Origin: Nitrosopumilus sp. | GTDB lineage: Archaea; Thermoproteota; Nitrososphaeria; Nitrososphaerales; Nitrosopumilaceae | DNA length: 32,000 bases | Direction of reading: 5' to 3' | NCBI GenBank assembly: GCA_029862745.1 | Contig: JAOTWS010000004.1 | Coordinates: 105,314-137,313 of the forward strand | In this document: positions 24,916 through 32,000 of the stretch, in pieces | Position numbering within the stretch: the first letter of the stretch is position 1 | Layout of the letters: each line of letters opens with the position of its first letter | Translations under genes and position numbers: made by a program | The notes under the pieces: model-generated | Database searches by the model: none | What the model was told of the DNA's origin: nothing | The model's input: only the letters and a program-made list of their open reading frames with translations

Positions 24916-25006
24916 TCATTTCCTAATACATGTAAAATTAGTACAAGTTATTATACAAGCCATGCATGGCCTAAGAGATATAAAGACACATTATTAATTT
25001 CAGGCA

Positions 25007-25180
25007 ATGAATCCAAAGCAGACGTTTAGGAACATGGTCAATACTATGAAAATGGCCAAAAAACCTGATAAAGATGAGTATCAACAACATCTTAGGCTTG
25101 TATTATTGGGAATAGCTGGAGTAGGAGCTATAGGTTTTACAATACAGTTTGTCTTTTCGGTATTAACATTTGGTAGGTAA
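25007..25180 (+). CDS. secE: Protein translocase subunit SecE / Sec61-gamma (57 aa, below the track cutoff)
   Basis: My translation is MNPKQTFRNMVNTMKMAKKPDKDEYQQHLRLVLLGIAGVGAIGFTIQFVFSVLTFGR*. It has a basic N-terminus and a single C-terminal TM segment, and holds the canonical position just upstream of spt5/nusG. Confidence 0.75.
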   Translation: MNPKQTFRNMVNTMKMAKKPDKDEYQQHLRLVLLGIAGVGAIGFTIQFVFSVLTFGR

Positions 25181-25185
25181 AAAAA

Positions 25186-25641
25186 ATGTCTGAGGAAATA
25201 AAATCACACTTGTTTGCAATTAGAACTACAGGAGGCCAAGAGAAAGTAGTAATGAGATTATTGGAGGCAAAAGCAAATGCAAATCAAGTTAATATTCAAT
25301 CAGTTTTACTAGTTGACAATCTAAAAGGATATGTCGTAATTGAAGCAGTAAATCCTAGCGATGCATACATGGCAGTAGAAGGAGTCAGACACATCAGAGG
25401 TCAGCTAAGAGGCGAATTAGAATTCAAAGACATTGAAGGATATCTTATCAAAAAATCAACAGTTTCACAATTAGCAGTAGATAATGTAGTAGAGATTACA
25501 GGAGGTCCATTCAAAGGAATGAAGGCAACAATTACTAGAATAGATGTTGACAAAGAAGAGGCAACCGTAGTTTTACTAGATGCATCATATCAATTACCAG
25601 TAACAGTAGACGCAAACTACCTAAAGCTAAGTGAGGCTTAG
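25186..25641 (+). CDS. spt5: Transcription elongation factor Spt5 (archaeal NusG)
   Basis: The NGN domain is LFAIRTTGGQEKVV...GYVVIEA. The KOW motif is VVEITGGPFKGMKATITRID. It follows secE and precedes rpl11. Confidence 0.9.
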   Translation: MSEEIKSHLFAIRTTGGQEKVVMRLLEAKANANQVNIQSVLLVDNLKGYVVIEAVNPSDAYMAVEGVRHIRGQLRGELEFKDIEGYLIKKSTVSQLAVDNVVEITGGPFKGMKATITRIDVDKEEATVVLLDASYQLPVTVDANYLKLSEA

Positions 25642-25676
25642 CAAGGATTAAATTTTTCATACTAGAGTGAATAATC

Positions 25677-26156
25677 ATGGGAGAACAAAAAATATCATCA
25701 CTTGTAACTGGAGGAGGAGCATCTGCAGGTCCACCATTGGGTCCAGCATTGGGTCCTCTTGGAGTCAACATTATGGAAGTAATTCAAGCTATCAACGATA
25801 AAACTAAAGATTTTGAGGGAATGAAAGTTCCAGTAACAGTAATTGTTGATACAGATACAAAAAAGTATGAAATTGAGATTGGTATTCCTTCAGCTGCGGC
25901 ACTCATCATGAAAGAGGCAGGAATCTCAAAAGGCTCAGGTGCATCAGGTACAGAGTGGGTAGGAGATGTTACACTAGATTCAGTTATCAAAGTAGCAAAT
26001 ACAAAACTTGACAAATCTTATGCTACATCACTAAAATCAGTAGCAAAGACCATCATTGGTACATGCTTAGCATTAGGAGTTAAAGTGGAAGGAAAGACTC
26101 CAAAAGAGATTACAGCTGAGATCAATGAAGGCAAATGGGATACAAAATTTGCTTAA
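25677..26156 (+). CDS. rpl11: 50S ribosomal protein L11
   Basis: GGGASAGPPLGPALGPLGVNIMEV is the L11 signature. Confidence 0.95.
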   Translation: MGEQKISSLVTGGGASAGPPLGPALGPLGVNIMEVIQAINDKTKDFEGMKVPVTVIVDTDTKKYEIEIGIPSAAALIMKEAGISKGSGASGTEWVGDVTLDSVIKVANTKLDKSYATSLKSVAKTIIGTCLALGVKVEGKTPKEITAEINEGKWDTKFA

Positions 26157-26168
26157 TTAGATAATTAA

Positions 26169-26624
26169 TTAATGAATTAGATAAACAGGATCCTTGTTTG
26201 TTTTTTGCAGTTCTACAAAAGTCTCAGAGTTTTGTACACCTTCAATTTTACCAATTTTTTCAATTACAATAGAGTGAAGTTCTTCAAGGTCCTTTGCATA
26301 AACGTGAATCATAATATCAAATCTTCCTGTCACCTCAGAAATTGAGACTACCTCTATAACCTCTAAGAGTTTTTTATGAATCGAGTCCTTAAACTTTGGA
26401 TCTCGATTTACTCCAACAGTAGCCTTAACGCCTATTCCCAAAAGAGAGTCATCTATCTCTATTGTGAATTTCTTGATTAGTTTTTTCTTTAGCAGTCTTT
26501 TGATTCGGCTATACAGCACAGAGGCATTGACTCCTAGTTTTGCAGAAAGCGTAGGTACAGTAATAGAGCCATCACGTGTTAGTTCAAAAAGCAGTTTCAT
26601 ATCTAATTCATCGAATCGGTGCAA
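26169..26624 (-). CDS. Lrp/AsnC-family transcriptional regulator
   Basis: The N-terminal HTH is DELDMKLLFELTRDGSITVPTLSAKLGVNASVLYSRIKRL. The C-terminal RAM-like domain is VTGRFDIMIHVYAKD. Confidence 0.85.
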   Translation of the reverse strand: MHRFDELDMKLLFELTRDGSITVPTLSAKLGVNASVLYSRIKRLLKKKLIKKFTIEIDDSLLGIGVKATVGVNRDPKFKDSIHKKLLEVIEVVSISEVTGRFDIMIHVYAKDLEELHSIVIEKIGKIEGVQNSETFVELQKTNKDPVYLIH

Positions 26625-26790
26625 GATATTAGAAAAAGTTGATTATGATTTAATATATGTAGGTTTTGAGCAAAAGCCATTTGAATTTTTAAATATTTTA
26701 CTAAAAAAATGTAATTTCTTAGAATTAATGATCGAACAAAATCACAATCTCTAAACGATTTTAAGTAGGCTTTCTAAAAAAATCTTCGTA

Positions 26791-27453
26791 ATGATTACAG
26801 AGTCTCAGCTAGTTGATATGATTAAAAAGGCAAAAAGTGCTACTAAACAAAAAAAGTTCAAGCAATCAATTGAGTTAATTATGAGTTTCAAAGATATTGA
26901 TGTAAAAAAGGGATTTGCCATCAATGAGGTAATTCAACTGCCAAAGACAGATTCTCCTGCAAGAGTATGCATTATTGCCACAGGAGATATGAGTGAAAAG
27001 GCAAAACAAGCAAAGGCAGATACTGTTATTGGAACGGCTGAACTAGAAAAGTTTGGAGCAAACAAAAGAGAGTCCAGGAAATTTATCAACAAGTATGATT
27101 TCTTTTTGGCAGACACTAAAGTAATGCCAGTTGTTGGTAAGACTTTGGGTCAACTTTTAGGTCCAAGGGGAAAGATGCCAACACCGGTTCCATTTGATGC
27201 ATCAATTGAGGCTTTCATACAAAGATTTAGATCATCAATTAAGGTTAGAACCAGAGCATCATTGTCAGCATCATGTAAAATTGGTGATGAGTCAATGGAT
27301 GATGCAGATTTGGCAATCAATGCACATGCAATAATTAGTGCAATTGAGAAAAAACTACCAAACGGTGAGAAGAACATGAGAAGAATTATCATAAAAACTA
27401 CAATGGGCAAACCAGTTAAACAGATTCAAGAGGTCAAGAAGAGACATGCATGA
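26791..27453 (+). CDS. rpl1: 50S ribosomal protein L1
   Basis: FKQSIELIMSFKDIDVKK, FLADTKVMPVVGKTLGQLLGPRGKMP and similar stretches are typical of L1. Confidence 0.95.
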   Translation: MITESQLVDMIKKAKSATKQKKFKQSIELIMSFKDIDVKKGFAINEVIQLPKTDSPARVCIIATGDMSEKAKQAKADTVIGTAELEKFGANKRESRKFINKYDFFLADTKVMPVVGKTLGQLLGPRGKMPTPVPFDASIEAFIQRFRSSIKVRTRASLSASCKIGDESMDDADLAINAHAIISAIEKKLPNGEKNMRRIIIKTTMGKPVKQIQEVKKRHA

Positions 27454-28312
27454 GAATAGAACAGAGTATCCAAAAAGAAAGACTCAGATGTATCAGAATC
27501 TGCAAGAACTTCCAAAAAAATACAAAGTAGTTGCAATTATCAAAATGGACAAGGTACGTTCATCACAAATTTTACCATTAAGAAAAACTCTCAAAGGCGA
27601 AGTACAGTTTGTAAGTATCAAAGACAAGGTTGCACAATTAGCACTAAACAAATTAGATATTCCAGGAATCAAAAAGATTGCTGAAGACTTGAAAGGACAA
27701 TGCATGTTCATGTTTACAAACATGTCACCATTCAAACTCAATGTTTTACTAGCTAAAAATAAAATCATGATGGCTGCAAGAGGTGGAGACGTTGCAAGCA
27801 TTGACATTGTAGTACCTGCAAAGAACACAGGTATTGCACCAGGTCCAATGCTTACAGAATTCAAAGAGGCAGGCATTCCAACTAAGATTGATCAAGGAAC
27901 AATTTGGATTTCAAAGGAGAGTACTCCAGTTGCCAAAGGCGGTGTAATTAATGAAAAACTAGCTTCACTTTTAGGTAAACTAGACATCAAGCCAGTAGAG
28001 GCAGGAATTTCACTTTATTCAGCATTAGAAGACGGAGTAAAGTATGCCGGCGAAGAGATGGTAATTGATGTCAAGAAAGTAAGAGAGCAGTTCTCACAAG
28101 CACACCAAGAAGCAGTCTCACTATCTATTGAGGCAGCATATGTCACAGCAGAGAACATTTCACTAATTCTCAGCAAAGCAGCAGGACATGCCCGCTCATT
28201 ATCTATTGAATCAGCATTTATGACAGACGAGACAAAAGAGCAAATTTTGCAAAAAGCAGATGCTCAAGCAAGAGCAGTTGCAGCACAAGCTAAAGATTAC
28301 ACACCAGCCTAA
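27446..28312 (+). CDS. rpl10: 50S ribosomal protein L10 / acidic protein P0
   Basis: The order L1 then P0 supports the call, as do VRSSQILPLRKTLKG...VSIKDKVAQLAL and ARGGDVASIDIVVPAKNTGIAPGP. It overlaps the L1 stop by 8 nt. Confidence 0.9.
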   Translation: MHENRTEYPKRKTQMYQNLQELPKKYKVVAIIKMDKVRSSQILPLRKTLKGEVQFVSIKDKVAQLALNKLDIPGIKKIAEDLKGQCMFMFTNMSPFKLNVLLAKNKIMMAARGGDVASIDIVVPAKNTGIAPGPMLTEFKEAGIPTKIDQGTIWISKESTPVAKGGVINEKLASLLGKLDIKPVEAGISLYSALEDGVKYAGEEMVIDVKKVREQFSQAHQEAVSLSIEAAYVTAENISLILSKAAGHARSLSIESAFMTDETKEQILQKADAQARAVAAQAKDYTPA

Positions 28313-28956
28313 GAAGAAGACTCTCGTACCCTTGGAAGATTCCACTTGTACCTCATTGCAAGTAGTCTAATTCCAGTGGTAACAACTATTCCAATAATTG
28401 ATGAGACTTGAGCATCAACACCAGATGACAAGACTGCAAAGAATATCACAATACCTACAATTGATGCAACAGCATACACTTCTTTTACAAATACAATTGG
28501 AATCTCTCTGACAAAGACATCTCTGAGAATTCCACCACCTATTGCAGTAATCATTCCTGCAAACAACATTGGAAGAAACTCCAATCCAACTATTTGATGT
28601 GCAATTGATGCACCTAAAATTGAAAACACACCTAAACCAATGGCATCAAAGACCAACCATACGCTCATCTGTTTTCTTAGCTTGGCATAAAGAAAGAACA
28701 TTACAACTCCAACTATAACAGTCAGGCTAACATAGATTGGATCAGAAAACGCTGCAGGGAATCGCCCAAATATCACATCGCGGGTTATTCCACCTGCAAC
28801 TCCAACTACAGTTGCCAAGACAGTTATTCCAAAGATGTCTGCCTTGTGTGAGATTGCTTTAGAAGAGCCAGTTACTGCAAATGCAATTGTTCCCAAATAG
28901 TCCAATATGCTAAGAAATCCATCAATTGGAAAAAAAGAAGAATCTGCTGCCATCAA
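28309..28956 (-). CDS. TRIC / UPF0126-family membrane protein (two glycine-transporter-like repeats)
   Basis: GTIAFAVTGSSKAI...VVGVAGGITRDV and its internal repeat ITAIGGGILRDV are UPF0126 hallmarks. Confidence 0.75.
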   Translation of the reverse strand: MMAADSSFFPIDGFLSILDYLGTIAFAVTGSSKAISHKADIFGITVLATVVGVAGGITRDVIFGRFPAAFSDPIYVSLTVIVGVVMFFLYAKLRKQMSVWLVFDAIGLGVFSILGASIAHQIVGLEFLPMLFAGMITAIGGGILRDVFVREIPIVFVKEVYAVASIVGIVIFFAVLSSGVDAQVSSIIGIVVTTGIRLLAMRYKWNLPRVRESSS

Positions 28957-29035
28957 ATGCAGACTAGGCTGTATTGTTAATTAAGAGTTGATAAAAAATA
29001 TTGAACAAAATTAGATTGGAAAAAAGTAAAGTTGT

Positions 29036-29347
29036 TTAGCCAAATAATGAAGACAATCCTTCCATGGCTGCTTCTTCGGTTTTACCCATATCTTTTGGTT
29101 CCTCTTTCTTTGCTTTATCACCACCGGCTGCTTCAGCTGCTGCGGCTGGTGCAGCTGCTGCTGCGACTGCTACAGGTGCAGCTTTTACTGCCTCATCGAT
29201 GTTTACATCAGCTAAGGCTGCAACTAGTGCTTTAACTTGGGCTTCATTAACATCTGCTCCAGATGCTTTGACAACTGAGCTGATATTTGCCTCGTTAACT
29301 TCTTTGTCTAGCTTGTGAAGAAGTAAAGCAGCATAAACATATTCCAT
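29036..29347 (-). CDS. rpl12: 50S ribosomal stalk protein P1 (L12e)
   Basis: [11 protein letters not shown]..., an Ala-rich hinge and the C-terminal [13 protein letters not shown] are the archaeal P1 signature. Confidence 0.9.
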   Translation of the reverse strand: MEYVYAALLLHKLDKEVNEANISSVVKASGADVNEAQVKALVAALADVNIDEAVKAAPVAVAAAAAPAAAAEAAGGDKAKKEEPKDMGKTEEAAMEGLSSLFG

Positions 29348-29414
29348 TATATCGAGTTTTTCTTACTGGATAATATAAAACTATGGAGAACTTACGCCTG
29401 AAAAAAATTTAAAA

Positions 29415-29924
29415 TCAGTTTAGAATTTTGAGACTTCTGCAAACAGCGTATAGTGTTCGCTTTAAAGTTGGATCTACCAAAGTATCCATTCGGTGTTTTA
29501 AAACTCGCTTTGCCTCATCCCTTTCAGTCCCAGGTGGCAATGACAAAACAGTATTGATGAATTCTGGTAAAGACTCTCTAATCCACCCATCAAGCATTCC
29601 ATAAATTTTGGGAGGAAGTATATCACATTTGTCAACATCAAGATCTAAAATATCTGTAAAGTTTTCATGCTCTACTCTATACACTAGAGCCAAAACAACA
29701 TTATCAGGAGTTGGATTCTCTAGGATTTCTCGTGAACGCTCCCCTGTTTTTCCTTGAGTAATTTTATTTTTCAGACCAACAGGATTAACGATAACACCAT
29801 TAACACCTACTTTTCTTCCATCAATGCCAGTTACCACACCAAAGATAAAGTCCTTAAACTCGCCATTTTTTTTGACTGAGAATATCTGAGTTCCTTCTTT
29901 CAGAGAAGGTTTTCTTCCAAACAT
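29415..29924 (-). CDS. Hypothetical protein (169 aa)
   Basis: Clean ATG ORF with no overlapping alternative. No recognisable motif. Confidence 0.5.
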   Translation of the reverse strand: MFGRKPSLKEGTQIFSVKKNGEFKDFIFGVVTGIDGRKVGVNGVIVNPVGLKNKITQGKTGERSREILENPTPDNVVLALVYRVEHENFTDILDLDVDKCDILPPKIYGMLDGWIRESLPEFINTVLSLPPGTERDEAKRVLKHRMDTLVDPTLKRTLYAVCRSLKILN

Positions 29925-30225
29925 AAGTAGGTTGAATAGTGTATTCTATTTATTCCTGCCCAATAGGACATAATTCCGGCAAATCATATTAATGCACAAC
30001 AATACCTAAACTCATTGGAGCATAAAAAATTCCAAAGAGATTTTTCTGAGTTGAAATATTTTAACTCCTAGTGATTTTTCATATAGCCTGGTATAGTAAA
30101 TTTACAGATACAGAATTATTATTTTTTTATTATATCAAGTATGAAAAAATTATGTTTTTCGTATTGTATGAATACGATGCAAGAAGAAGAATAACAATAA
30201 TAACGACTACAGCACTTTATTAGCA

Positions 30226-31104
30226 TTGGATGAGAGTGCATATTCCAAAGAATTTCTAAACGAAGAGACAACAGTTAAGCGACGAGAGGAGATTGTAGAG
30301 AACTTTCTTAAACTAGATGTTGAAAAAATCACTTCCAGATGGAAAGAATATTTTGATATAGATAACAAAGACAGAGAGAAATTCTGGGAGAAGCTAAACG
30401 AACTACAGTCAAAATCCAAATTCATTAACACTGCAAGACATCTTACAAACACTCAAAAAATTGATGTATACAACAAGACTCCATTAAAGTATCAAGATGT
30501 TTTTGTAAAGGAAGTAATTCCAGATATCAGTACTACCAAGTCTGCAAAAAAGCCCTTGATTACAGTAATTGCAATTTATCTAATTGCATTCATGATTGTT
30601 AATTTGGTATTTTTGTTACCCATTGTTACAGTTGACATTCCAAAAGAAGAGATTCTTGTGATAAATAACATGACTTCTCAGATTGCACTAGTTCCATCAG
30701 ACGGCACAGTAACTTACAACTTTGGATTATTGGATGGCAAAACATTTGACATTGACACTCACTTTATTTTCCTAGTTGTCTTGGCAGGATCCTTAGGCGC
30801 ATTAATTCACGGATTGGCCAAGATTTCACAAAACACACAGGAAGGCTCAGTTAGAAACAGAGATACGCTGTGGTATGTAGGAAGACCATTTTTGGGTGCT
30901 GCACTTGCAATTGCAGTATACATGACACTTCGGGGTGGACTGCTTACCACATCAAATATTGAAATCCTCAACCCATATGGAGTAACTGCATTATCTATCA
31001 TAGTAGGACTATCAACAAAACAAGTAACACAAAAGCTAAAAGATCTGCTAGATTCGGTATTTCCTACAAAAAATCCAGATGAAGATAATAGTAAGGAAAA
31101 ATGA
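30226..31104 (+). CDS. Hypothetical membrane protein: charged N-terminal ~120 aa, then about 4 TM segments
   Basis: TTG start. The TM candidates are LITVIAIYLIAFMIVNLVFLLPIV, FIFLVVLAGSLGALIHGL, PFLGAALAIAVYMTL and YGVTALSIIVGL. Confidence 0.55.
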   Translation: MDESAYSKEFLNEETTVKRREEIVENFLKLDVEKITSRWKEYFDIDNKDREKFWEKLNELQSKSKFINTARHLTNTQKIDVYNKTPLKYQDVFVKEVIPDISTTKSAKKPLITVIAIYLIAFMIVNLVFLLPIVTVDIPKEEILVINNMTSQIALVPSDGTVTYNFGLLDGKTFDIDTHFIFLVVLAGSLGALIHGLAKISQNTQEGSVRNRDTLWYVGRPFLGAALAIAVYMTLRGGLLTTSNIEILNPYGVTALSIIVGLSTKQVTQKLKDLLDSVFPTKNPDEDNSKEK

Positions 31105-31346
31105 GTTTTACAGTACTGAGATAAAATATTCATTTCTTGGATTGGCAAAGAGTATGATGATACAGACTTGCAGCAGAGAAGAGATTAGGAAAATAATAGT
31201 AATAATAAATTATTAATTTTATTATTATTATTGCCAAAATAAAAAAAGTACACAACAGAATTGATAATCAAAAAATAATTATTTCAAATTATTTAGCATA
31301 TTATTAATCGACAATTCTTAATATTGGGTCAAATGAGCCTTCATCG

Positions 31347-32000
31347 TTGGATAAAAAAGAGATTCTAAAAGAATTTTCATCAAATCCGGATAGATACTAT
31401 AAGGTAAAGTTGTTTGAAGAGCAAGGATTTCTCAGAAAGTCCTGCTCAAAGTGCGGCAGATTCTTTTGGACTCTAAATGCTGAGCGAGACTTGTGTCCTG
31501 ATGATGCAGATGACACGTATTCATTTATTGGCGATCCGCCAACAACCAAAAGATTTGACTACACACAGGCATGGAAGCAAGTCGAAGAGTTTTTTGTAAA
31601 AAACGATCACACATCAGTTAGCAGATATCCTGTTGTATGTAGATGGCGTGATGACTTGTATTTTACAATTGCATCAGTTGTTGACTTTCAAAGAGTAATG
31701 GGCTCAAAGGTAGTCTTTGAATTTCCTGCAAACCCACTAGTGGTCCCACAAACTTGCCTGCGTTTCAAAGATTTAGAAAATGTAGGAGTAACTGGTAGAC
31801 ATTTTTCAAGTTTCTGTATGATAGGACAGCACAGCATTCCAGAGGGAGACAAAGGATATTGGAAAGACAAGTGTGTTGATTTGGATTATAGATTACTTAC
31901 TGATCAGTTTGGAATTAAAAGAGAAGAAGTAGTTTTTGTAGAAGATGTTTGGGCAGGTGGTGGCTCTTTTGGTCCATCACTAGAGTATTTTGTCAGAGGT
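31347..32000 (+). CDS. alaS: Alanine--tRNA ligase, N-terminal part (runs off the window)
   Basis: The frame is open from 31308 to the window end, with a likely TTG start at 31347. My translation ...YYKVKLFEEQGFLRKSCSKCGRFFWT...RYPVVCRWRDDLYFTIASVVDFQ...PQTCLRFKDLENVG...EDVWAGGGSFGPSLEYFVRG matches archaeal AlaRS. It is not in the track because no stop is reached. Confidence 0.85.
   Translation, partial: MDKKEILKEFSSNPDRYYKVKLFEEQGFLRKSCSKCGRFFWTLNAERDLCPDDADDTYSFIGDPPTTKRFDYTQAWKQVEEFFVKNDHTSVSRYPVVCRWRDDLYFTIASVVDFQRVMGSKVVFEFPANPLVVPQTCLRFKDLENVGVTGRHFSSFCMIGQHSIPEGDKGYWKDKCVDLDYRLLTDQFGIKREEVVFVEDVWAGGGSFGPSLEYFVRG

Larger units (their letters stand above)
17482..24946 (-). mobile_element. 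Plasmid-like cryptic integrated element (replicase, MTase, AbiV, Zn-finger genes, RHH switch, integrase remnant); boundaries approximate
   Basis: This rests on the gene content listed above. The element is sandwiched between a core symporter gene and the conserved secE-spt5-rpl11 cluster. It has no virion or packaging genes. I found no tRNA or clear att repeats, so the ends are estimates. Confidence 0.5.

Noticed and set aside
29032-29318. Two plus-strand ORFs (67 and 84 aa, Leu- or Ala-rich)
   Set aside because: They are antisense shadows of the GC-rich Ala hinge of ribosomal protein P1, whose N- and C-terminal signatures are unambiguous on the minus strand.
31186-31245. AT-only near-palindrome (AATAATAGTAATAATAAATTATTAATTTTATTATTATTATT) between the membrane-protein gene and alaS
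   Set aside because: This is low-complexity A/T sequence in an AT-rich genome, plausibly just a terminator/promoter spacer. Nothing distinguishes it from the background.

Overview
This is an AT-rich archaeal chromosome segment (roughly one-third GC by eye). By inference it is most consistent with a marine ammonia-oxidising thaumarchaeon (Nitrosopumilus-like). The evidence is an archaeal secE-spt5-rpl11 / rpl1-rpl10(P0) / P1 ribosomal cluster, an archaeal-type AlaRS N-terminus and a TFB-like factor. Housekeeping content is a fixABCX-type electron-transfer-flavoprotein operon, an HxlR/arsM/arsC arsenic cluster, a DAACS symporter, an HD hydrolase, a SAM methyltransferase and an Lrp regulator. 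These genes are interleaved with accessory DNA. The main hunt results are as follows. (1) A ~7.5 kb plasmid-like, apparently decayed integrated element (about 17.5-24.95 kb) lies next to secE. It carries a PrimPol+SF3-helicase replicase, a phage-type NPPY methyltransferase, an AbiV-like HEPN gene, a chain of translationally coupled Cys-rich mini-proteins, two RHH regulators around a GGTNACC/GGTACC operator array, and a stop- and frameshift-riddled integrase-like remnant. (2) A tight four-gene minus-strand cassette at 12.6-15.8 kb encodes a TFB-like protein, a ParB-N-like protein, a double wHTH protein and an A24 aspartyl peptidase, with no obvious known function as a unit. (3) An orphan 1046-aa HerA/FtsK/VirD4-like ATPase has an unknown N-terminal domain and a C-terminal wHTH plus Hjc-like nuclease fold. 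(4) Several unannotated sub-60-aa Cys-rich ORFs were found, one of them stop/start-coupled to the ars regulator. (5) A 23-unit pentapeptide (xG[YF][DN]x) tandem array is misread by the ORF track. I saw no rRNA, tRNA or CRISPR array. All calls come from reading motifs by eye; no searches were run.
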